Positions 1-6,512 of a stretch of DNA of 64,000 bases are shown here, piece by piece. The translations under genes and the position numbers were made by a program. A model generated the notes under the pieces. That model was not told the origin of the DNA, did not search any database, and saw only the letters and a list, made by a program, of their open reading frames with translations. Source of the DNA: a virus (lineage: Duplodnaviria; Caudoviricetes); the IMG/VR virus record IMGVR_UViG_3300021431_000003, positions 32,001-96,000 of that record; one strand, given 5' to 3'. Positions within the stretch are counted from its first letter, which is position 1; the number at the start of each line of letters is the position of its first letter.

Positions 1-651
1 GTAGGAGAACCTGTACAAGAAGGCGACCCATTATTGATTATCCAGAATACATTTGAAGATAATGATGTAAACGTACTCTTAAAGAATCTTGTAGATGATG
101 AAGATACAGTTACTTCACTTGGACGTATTCCGATCAAATCTAATAATACTGGTTATATAGAAGACATTAGAATCTATCGTACTTGCGAAATTGAAGAGAT
201 GTCTCCTTCATTAAAGAAGATTGTAACAGAGTATGAAAGAAAAGAAAATCGTAAAGCATCTCAGGTTGCTAAATACGATGAAACACTTGCTAAACAATAT
301 AGAGCACAAAAGCTTGAGCAAGAGGGTAAACTTAAAGGTGTAGAAGATGGTGTATTGATTGAAATCTTTGTAGCATATAAAGATGACTTCTCTGTAGGAG
401 ATAAGTTAATCTTCTTGGGTGCACAAAAGGGTGTAGCTAAAGAAGTAATACCTGAAGGCGAAGAACCTACATCATCATATAGACCAGAAGAACCGATTGA
501 TGCTATTGCATCTCAAATTTCATTTGAAAAACGTATGACATGTGCTCCATTACAATACACACTTATGGGCAAAGGTCTAGTTGAACTCGACCGCCAGGTT
601 AAGGATATCATGGGTATCAAACAAGAATACTCAGTAAGACATAAATTTTAA
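1..651 (+). CDS. Multisubunit RNA polymerase beta-like subunit, C-terminal part (5'-truncated by the window edge)
   Basis: Frame is open from base 1 (VGEPVQEGDPLL...). GDKLIFLGAQKGV corresponds to the beta GDK(x)5GxKG motif, and PIDAI...S...RM to the D-x-x-x-N/S..RM motif. It ends early, as split phage beta subunits do. Confidence 0.88.
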   Translation, partial: VGEPVQEGDPLLIIQNTFEDNDVNVLLKNLVDDEDTVTSLGRIPIKSNNTGYIEDIRIYRTCEIEEMSPSLKKIVTEYERKENRKASQVAKYDETLAKQYRAQKLEQEGKLKGVEDGVLIEIFVAYKDDFSVGDKLIFLGAQKGVAKEVIPEGEEPTSSYRPEEPIDAIASQISFEKRMTCAPLQYTLMGKGLVELDRQVKDIMGIKQEYSVRHKF

Positions 652-657
652 TAGAAA

Positions 658-689
658 GACCCCGCAGGAACATAGAGTCCTGCGGGGTT
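658..689. terminator. Intrinsic terminator hairpin between the convergent RNAP gene and tRNA cluster
   Basis: GACCCCGCAGGA / TCCTGCGGGGTT stem. Confidence 0.8.
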
Positions 690-760
690 AAATTAGGAGA
701 ATTGAAATAAAATATTGTGAAACAAAACGTGGAAATTGTGTCAGCTTATTAAAAAGCTGA

Positions 761-835
761 TGGTGACCCCTACGGGAATCGAACCCATGTTGCCAGAATG
801 AAAATCTGGAGTCTTAACCGCTTGACCAAGGGGCC
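761..835 (-). tRNA. tRNA-Glu(TTC), CCA encoded
   Basis: Reverse complement GGCCCCTTGGTCAAGCGGTTAAGAC...CCAGA-TTTTCAT-TCTGG...GGTTCGATTCCCGTAGGGGTCACCA folds as a cloverleaf. Confidence 0.96.
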
Positions 836-836
836 A

Positions 837-849
837 TTATAAATAAGTT
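837..849 (-). promoter_or_regulatory. Late-type promoter AACT-N6-TAA immediately upstream of tRNA-Glu (a second copy at 1045-1057 precedes tRNA-Leu(TAG))
   Basis: Minus strand reads AACT-TATTTA-TAA and AACT-TAATTA-TAA; the predicted start sites lie within a few nt of the mature tRNA 5' ends. Confidence 0.65.
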
Positions 850-866
850 ATATATTTAATAAAATA

Positions 867-953
867 TGGTGCCGCTGACGGGACTCGAACCCGTATGGAT
901 ATTTCACCGACGGATTTTAAGTCCGTTATGTCTGCCTATTTCATCACAGCGGC
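867..953 (-). tRNA. tRNA-Leu(TAA), long variable arm, CCA encoded
   Basis: Anticodon arm ACGGA-CTTAAAA-TCCGT, T-loop GGTTCGAGTCC, acceptor stem GCCGCTG/CAGCGGC-ACCA. Confidence 0.95.
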
Positions 954-959
954 ATTTGA

Positions 960-1042
960 TGCGGGTGACAGGACTTGAACCTGCACGTCATAAGACATGA
1001 GAACCTAAATCTCACGAGTACTGCCAATTTCTCCACACCCGC
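960..1042 (-). tRNA. tRNA-Leu(TAG), CCA not encoded (3' end reads ATCA)
   Basis: Anticodon arm TGAGA-TTTAGGT-TCTCA, T-loop GGTTCAAGTCC, acceptor stem GCGGGTG/CACCCGC. Confidence 0.92.
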
Positions 1043-1089
1043 ATTTATAATTAAGTTATAGTTATTGTAAAACAAAAAAAATAAGACTG

Positions 1090-1127
1090 TATATTATTAT
1101 ATCGATAAGGTTAATGTCTTCCTTGTC
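1090..1127 (+). promoter_or_regulatory. Early-type promoter TATATTAT followed by a 5' hairpin
   Basis: TATATTAT at 1090-1097, then a GATAAGG...CCTTGTC stem; same architecture at 11424, 53191, 59381 and (minus) 32532. Confidence 0.65.
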
Positions 1128-1153
1128 AAATTCATTTTTAGGAGGTATTTATA

Positions 1154-1513
1154 ATGAAAAAGACATTTAGTAAGCAGAAAGTTTTAAGAAAAATCGGAGA
1201 ACGGTGCATCAAATTCCGTACAGAGAAGAAGCTCAGTCAAAAGGAACTGGCAGCAATGGCGGGGTTCAGCCCCGCCTATATCGGCAGAGTCGAGCGAGGT
1301 GAAACGTGTCCCAATATAGACACACTCTACAAAATCGCCAACGCTTTAGAGATTTCACTGTCCGAATTAACAAATATAGAGGAGGATGATGGATACATAA
1401 TGGATAAATATAGAGACGAGATAGAGTATATTCTCTTTATGTCACTTTATCCTGATAAGGTCATGAAGGTAATAAGGGAGATATTTGAAATCACAAATGG
1501 AGGGTTAATGTGA
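1154..1513 (+). CDS. XRE-family helix-turn-helix transcriptional regulator
   Basis: RTEKKLSQKELAAMAGFSPAYIGRVERGETCPNIDTLYKIANALEISLSEL is a typical HTH_3 pattern; AGGAGG RBS. Confidence 0.92.
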   Translation: MKKTFSKQKVLRKIGERCIKFRTEKKLSQKELAAMAGFSPAYIGRVERGETCPNIDTLYKIANALEISLSELTNIEEDDGYIMDKYRDEIEYILFMSLYPDKVMKVIREIFEITNGGLM

Positions 1514-3219
1514 TGAAAACAAAAGAGAGACTGTTCGAAAAATTTGAGGCAGTGGTAAATCACTGTCGCAACGTGCCGATTGCTGTGTTTGTTATTCTGA
1601 GCACGATATTCAATTATCTGCTCGGTCAGAACATAGCAAAGACCAATGAGCTGTATTCCGATATCAGCTCGTACGACAAGCTGGAGTTCTTTAATGCTCT
1701 TATCCAGCTCATGGTTCTTTGGATTATCTTAAGAGCGTTTAATCAAGTAATCGGTAAAATTAACAAGCATTGGCTGCTTGATTATAATTATTTGAAATGG
1801 ATTACTAAGCTGACTAATAGTAAACTCAGCTCGATAAGTTCCATTTCAACTGGAACCGCAAATAATGCAATCAACACTATTGCTATGTGCAATAAGGGTA
1901 TAGTAGATTGTGTTATGAGCATTATTCCAAACATAATTCCATTCATTATGCTTTGTCATAAAGAATGGCAAGTCGCTGGATGTATTCCAACAGCGATAAA
2001 CGTAGGATGTATAGGTCTGTTTGTTCTGTATTCATGGAAAGCAATGAATTTCATGACGTACAAGAGACAGGCAAAAGCACGGTCTGAAATTAGTACAGTT
2101 ACAATTGACTGTATTAAGAACAGTCAGACTGTAAAGTACTTCAATAAAGAGGATTGGAGTATTGATAGACAGGACAAAATGCAGGCTAAGACATTTGGTG
2201 CTCAGCTTGGTATCCCTGGAATGGTACTAACAGTAATCTTTTATAGTATCATGTGGTTACCAACAATAGCTGCAGTATGGCTTTGTTGGGAAGATATGTC
2301 TACTGTACTGTATGTTATCATGATGTCTTATGTCATCGATAACATTGGTGGATATATATCTTGTATAATGGAATCTATGACTGAAAAGAAAAATCAGTTA
2401 GAGATTCTTGGTAAACTCGAAGTTGATGACAAGAATCGACTTCCAATTGATGAGAGTATCTATATAAAGAGTGCTTGCTTTACGTATGACAAAGATAATA
2501 CAAAAGCAAGTATCTTTGTAATTAAAGACCTCGAAATCAAGAAAGGTCATAGATATTGCGTAACAGGTAAGAGTGGATTTGGTAAGTCAACTCTCGCCAA
2601 ATTGATTACAGGTACCTATGCTCCTACAGAAGGAAATATTCCGTTGGTAGAGTCAGTCTACATGTTTGCCGAGAGCGAAATGTTCAATATGAGCATCGCC
2701 GACAATATTACTCTCGGTGAAGCATATGATGAGAAAGAGATTCTTGACATGTTGGATACTTTTGAAGTATCTACTAGTCTAGATATCTTTAAAGACTCTG
2801 TCGGAGAGAATGGCAACAAACTCTCTACTGGACAAAAACAACGCATCAATCTCTGTAGGACTTTGTTCTATGCAAGAAGACATCCTAGTAGCCTTATAGT
2901 AATGGATGAAGTTACTGCAGCGCTTGATATCAAGACATCTCTGGTTTGTCTTAGATATTTGACAGCAGAGTTCAAGAGACTCGGTATTACGCTGATATAT
3001 ATCAGCAATAAGACTGATTATCTTAAAACCGACCTTATCACTGATAATATCTATGTTCATCGTAATTTTAATGTCGTGACATATGATACAAAACAGGATA
3101 TAAGTCCGAGAGTTGCAATGTTTTATAAACATCGTAATGATTTGACAGAAGATGCTGTTGTGATTAGCGAGTCATATGCAGATTCTCTTCCGTCAGTTAT
3201 TACTGGTTTCGAGGATTAA
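1510..3219 (+). CDS. ABC exporter half-transporter (TMD+NBD fusion) with degenerate Q-loop and H-switch
   Basis: Several N-terminal hydrophobic helices; Walker A GKSGFGKST, signature LSTGQKQR, Walker B IVMDE, D-loop TAALD; start overlaps the XRE stop codon. Confidence 0.88.
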   Translation: MMKTKERLFEKFEAVVNHCRNVPIAVFVILSTIFNYLLGQNIAKTNELYSDISSYDKLEFFNALIQLMVLWIILRAFNQVIGKINKHWLLDYNYLKWITKLTNSKLSSISSISTGTANNAINTIAMCNKGIVDCVMSIIPNIIPFIMLCHKEWQVAGCIPTAINVGCIGLFVLYSWKAMNFMTYKRQAKARSEISTVTIDCIKNSQTVKYFNKEDWSIDRQDKMQAKTFGAQLGIPGMVLTVIFYSIMWLPTIAAVWLCWEDMSTVLYVIMMSYVIDNIGGYISCIMESMTEKKNQLEILGKLEVDDKNRLPIDESIYIKSACFTYDKDNTKASIFVIKDLEIKKGHRYCVTGKSGFGKSTLAKLITGTYAPTEGNIPLVESVYMFAESEMFNMSIADNITLGEAYDEKEILDMLDTFEVSTSLDIFKDSVGENGNKLSTGQKQRINLCRTLFYARRHPSSLIVMDEVTAALDIKTSLVCLRYLTAEFKRLGITLIYISNKTDYLKTDLITDNIYVHRNFNVVTYDTKQDISPRVAMFYKHRNDLTEDAVVISESYADSLPSVITGFED

Positions 3220-3255
3220 AATAAAGGGCGTCACAACGGCGCCCTTTATTTTTTA
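3219..3255. terminator. Bidirectional intrinsic terminator
   Basis: AAATAAAGGGCGTC / GGCGCCCTTTATTT stem with T-tract, between convergent genes. Confidence 0.85.
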
Positions 3256-3277
3256 TTTTAGAACTTGTTATATTATA

Positions 3278-3688
3278 TCAAGCGATTCTTGGAATAAAGA
3301 ATTCTATACTCTGTTTAATATCATATGTACCTGTAGATGGAATGAATGTCTTAATGACAGATGTATTGTCATTAAGGTTAATAGTTTTAATCATCAGTTC
3401 TCGTCCCATATCATTTACAATCGTTGTCTTATATACATTCTCTTTATACCAGATACTTTCTACATATGTAAGATTATTGATATAAGTCTTTCTTTCTTCT
3501 AATGTCAATATATCATTACTATACTCAGCATAGTATACTCTTCTACCTATATCATCATATGAGTAATGATGCTTCACTAATTCTCCATCAACACCTTTAG
3601 ATTCAGAGTATGTAACTCTACCTTCATTATCATACTTACTGAACCCATATGCACCAGTTCTTTTCCTTGCTTTCTTTCCAAATAACAT
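3278..3688 (-). CDS. Hypothetical protein with YD-repeat-like beta hairpins
   Basis: KYDNEGRV, YSYDDIGRRV and VNDMGREL repeats; AAGGAG RBS. Confidence 0.55.
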   Translation of the reverse strand: MLFGKKARKRTGAYGFSKYDNEGRVTYSESKGVDGELVKHHYSYDDIGRRVYYAEYSNDILTLEERKTYINNLTYVESIWYKENVYKTTIVNDMGRELMIKTINLNDNTSVIKTFIPSTGTYDIKQSIEFFIPRIA

Positions 3689-3731
3689 TTTTCATTCTCC
3701 TTTTCAAAATGGTATACGACGTCTCTCGAAT

Positions 3732-4059
3732 TAAAATAATCCTAACACTTTAGGTCAACGATACAAGAAGAAAGACTCACTTACTTCTCAAAACTGCTAC
3801 GGGTGTCTTCATAAAAAAATAAATCTTACACCACAAACGAGCGTAGCGAGTGCAGTGGTGAAATCTTCGTCCGTAAGGACGGATAGTTTCAGTAATAAAA
3901 ATTTAAATATAAGAAGACACTATTACTTTAAGCCTTATCAAATCCCTCTCTTTCTATTCTAACTTTTCAACTTCTATACCTTGGAAGAGTCCCACCCCAG
4001 CCAAGTTCTTCGTTCCTAAACGCTCAAGGATTATTTTATATATATGTCCGCTCGTTTGT
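3732..4059. other. Structured non-coding element (candidate replication origin and/or ~305-nt leader RNA)
   Basis: Inverted repeats 3732-3743/4027-4038, 3803-3810/3913-3920 and 3833-3843/4049-4059; hairpins 3829-3860 and 3868-3881; no ORF. Confidence 0.55.
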
Positions 4060-4095
4060 AAAAAATTACTATCATTCTAGTATTATTCTATTGAA

Positions 4096-4109
4096 AACTT
4101 CTATGTAAT
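4096..4109 (+). promoter_or_regulatory. Late-type promoter AACT-N6-TAAT
   Basis: AACT-TCTATG-TAAT upstream of the kinase/ThyX genes. Confidence 0.65.
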
Positions 4110-4144
4110 AACATATTTATCTATATCTCAAAGGAGGATAAATT

Positions 4145-4942
4145 ATGATGAACGTAAGTAAAAGACATGTCTATTTTATAGAAGGCGGAGATAATGTAGG
4201 TAAGACTACTACTATTCAAACTTTTAAACAGAATAAGTATATTGAATCTATTAAATTCAATAGAGTGAGATTCTCTAAATATCCAACTAGTGATGCTACT
4301 AATACTATCAATAGACTCAATACTTTATATAAAGAGAATGAAGCTAGACATAAGAATAAAGAAGTTAAAGATAGTGAGTATGTAAGAACTAAAAGAAGTA
4401 TATTAGAAAGTCTTATCAATACTATGATATGTGATATGATATCTAGTTTTGATACTCTATATAATGATAAGTGGGCAATGGCATGTCCAGATGATGTATT
4501 AGAAATATGTGATAGAGGATTTCTATCTACTTATCTATACCAATATAGAGATATGCCTGGATTAATACAAAAACTTATATCAAATATAGATGTAGAACTA
4601 GAATATCTTAAAGCATTCATTAACAAGTATCTACCACCTACAATGAATGATATCAATGTTATTATACTCAATAATAATGCTAATCCATTACTAGCAAATA
4701 TTATAATGGATGACACTGAGACTATAGAGTATAAGAAAGACTTTGATAACAATATAGAACTTCAGAGTAGGATTAACAATTCTTTAAATAATATAGTAAG
4801 ACTGATTCAACAAGATAAGGTATATGATTTATTACCAATCAAGTTTTATTATATTAATATATTTGACGAAACAGGTTCTATCAGAAAATCCCCCGATGAA
4901 ATCTGTGAAGAAATCAAAGCCATTATAAACAAGGAGGAATAA
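4145..4942 (+). CDS. tmk: Thymidylate/deoxynucleoside monophosphate kinase
   Basis: FIEGGDNVGKTT P-loop and ICDRGFLST (DRx-x-x-S) motif; adjacent to thyX. Confidence 0.75.
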   Translation: MMNVSKRHVYFIEGGDNVGKTTTIQTFKQNKYIESIKFNRVRFSKYPTSDATNTINRLNTLYKENEARHKNKEVKDSEYVRTKRSILESLINTMICDMISSFDTLYNDKWAMACPDDVLEICDRGFLSTYLYQYRDMPGLIQKLISNIDVELEYLKAFINKYLPPTMNDINVIILNNNANPLLANIIMDDTETIEYKKDFDNNIELQSRINNSLNNIVRLIQQDKVYDLLPIKFYYINIFDETGSIRKSPDEICEEIKAIINKEE

Positions 4943-4945
4943 CAC

Positions 4946-6109
4946 ATGTTTGGACCATCTTCAATCAAATTGAAATGTAGACTACTCTATAAGAATAGTC
5001 TAGTCAATAACATCTATGAGGCATGTACTTGTTGTTATGACAATACTAAGAATATCAATTATTTAGAAAAGAAAGATTATATCGGCAAGAGAATCAATGC
5101 TGGTCATGAATCTATTCTAGAACATGGAAGACTTGCTATTCTTTTTAATGATATCCCTTATAGTCTTCATAATGATATTATTGAACTTATAGGATTAGAA
5201 TACTCTAAGTGGTTAGAATTCTATACTGTACAACTTGAAAATAGAAACTACAATCTTATTGTCAATGGTAGTATCAGAGCATATAAGCATTTTCTTAACA
5301 ATCTTGAAGCAGATGTATATGATAGAAACGATATTATTCGTGATATCTGTAAGATTCTTAGAGAAAATACTGTAAAAGAACTCTATGGTAAGAGCAAGCA
5401 TATTAACTTTGATGATTTTGTCGATGTAGAACCAGATGTATTAGATATTGATATACCTAATACTGGTATTGACTATGATATCGTTTGTGAAAAATCTATC
5501 GATGGTGTTGTTACTAATGGAGAAGAAGGTATTAAGAGAATCACACTTGGAGCAGATGAACTATTTGTTACAGAACTCTCTGATATCAAAGAAGTTATTC
5601 TTCACTATGGATTTAATAAAGCTGTAATCTATAATATTCTTCCTATCACAGTAGTATTCTATAACATGTCTCGTACAGCAACACATCAACTTGTACGTCA
5701 TAGAAATGCTATTACACAAGAATCTCAAAGATATGTAAATGCTAAGAATGCTACATTTACTATTCCTGTACCAGATTATACAGATGAAAAAGAGTATACT
5801 GTAGAAATCTTTGGTAATAAAGTTACAGCACCTCTTACTGTACTTGCAACTGGTCTTACTAAAGTATATGACCAACTAATTAGACAGGGTCTTAAGAAAG
5901 AAGAAGCAAGAGCATTCCTACCAGCAAATATCAATTGTGGTAGATTATATATGACATTCACTTTATCTAATCTTATTGCTTTCTTAAATCTTAGAACAGA
6001 TCCACATGCTCAATATGAGATTAGAAAGTATGCTGAAGCTATAATTGACTTGATTACTTCTATTCCAGACTATGCTATTCTAATTGATAATTATAATAAT
6101 ATAGTGTAA
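4946..6109 (+). CDS. thyX: FAD-dependent thymidylate synthase with an extended, two-lobed architecture
   Basis: GHESILEH, SRTATHQLVRHRNAITQESQRY, KEEARAFLP and FLNLRTDPHAQYEIR motifs. Confidence 0.92.
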   Translation: MFGPSSIKLKCRLLYKNSLVNNIYEACTCCYDNTKNINYLEKKDYIGKRINAGHESILEHGRLAILFNDIPYSLHNDIIELIGLEYSKWLEFYTVQLENRNYNLIVNGSIRAYKHFLNNLEADVYDRNDIIRDICKILRENTVKELYGKSKHINFDDFVDVEPDVLDIDIPNTGIDYDIVCEKSIDGVVTNGEEGIKRITLGADELFVTELSDIKEVILHYGFNKAVIYNILPITVVFYNMSRTATHQLVRHRNAITQESQRYVNAKNATFTIPVPDYTDEKEYTVEIFGNKVTAPLTVLATGLTKVYDQLIRQGLKKEEARAFLPANINCGRLYMTFTLSNLIAFLNLRTDPHAQYEIRKYAEAIIDLITSIPDYAILIDNYNNIV

Positions 6110-6126
6110 TTATTTATTAAACTACC

Positions 6127-6140
6127 AACTATAAAGTAAT
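6127..6140 (+). promoter_or_regulatory. Late-type promoter AACT-N6-TAAT driving a non-coding RNA
   Basis: AACT-ATAAAG-TAAT; predicted +1 (6138) coincides with the first base of the first stem. Confidence 0.65.
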
Positions 6141-6372
6141 GCATTAATGATGTGTGCTGTCAGTATGTGATGGCTTTTTCCGTCGTTATGCATTTGCGCA
6201 AGAGCAGAAGCTGTATTTGCTTTATATTACAGCTGTGTGTGCTGACATAGGCGGATCTGAGCTTGACACTAGCGACTAGGTACCATCGCTGAATAAGTGT
6301 CTGTAAGACTCCCCCACTCCTAGCACTGCAAGCACAATTGTGTTAAGCCTATCATTGCAGCTTTCTGCTCTT
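6138..6372 (+). ncRNA. Unrecognised, highly structured non-coding RNA (transcript probably extends to the terminator at ~6460)
   Basis: GC-richer ORF-free island with stems 6138-6152/6181-6194 and 6200-6215/6356-6372, inner helices, a possible long pseudoknot, and its own promoter and terminator. Confidence 0.7.
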
Positions 6373-6432
6373 ATTATTTTTTAAAAGTTCCTATACTCAG
6401 GGTCATAAAATACTGTCCTTTCAAAAAGAATT

Positions 6433-6462
6433 TGAACCCTAGCACAAAGCTAGGGTTCATTT
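6433..6462 (+). terminator. Intrinsic terminator ending the ncRNA unit
   Basis: TGAACCCTAGC-ACAAA-GCTAGGGTTCA followed by TTT. Confidence 0.8.
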
Positions 6463-6473
6463 CTGCCGTTTTG

Positions 6474-6487
6474 AACAAATTAGTAAT
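6474..6487 (+). promoter_or_regulatory. Late-type promoter AACA-N6-TAAT
   Basis: AACA-AATTAG-TAAT, 26 nt upstream of the ATG at 6513. Confidence 0.7.
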
Positions 6488-6512
6488 ATATTCAATGAAA
6501 GGAGTATATCTC

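Noticed and set aside
6138-6372. Identification of the ncRNA as tmRNA, RNase P RNA, SRP RNA or a group I intron
   Set aside because: Lacks tRNA-like ends and a tag ORF, the GAGGAAAGTCC motif, the SRP helix-8 motif and P7 core sequences, and does not interrupt a gene
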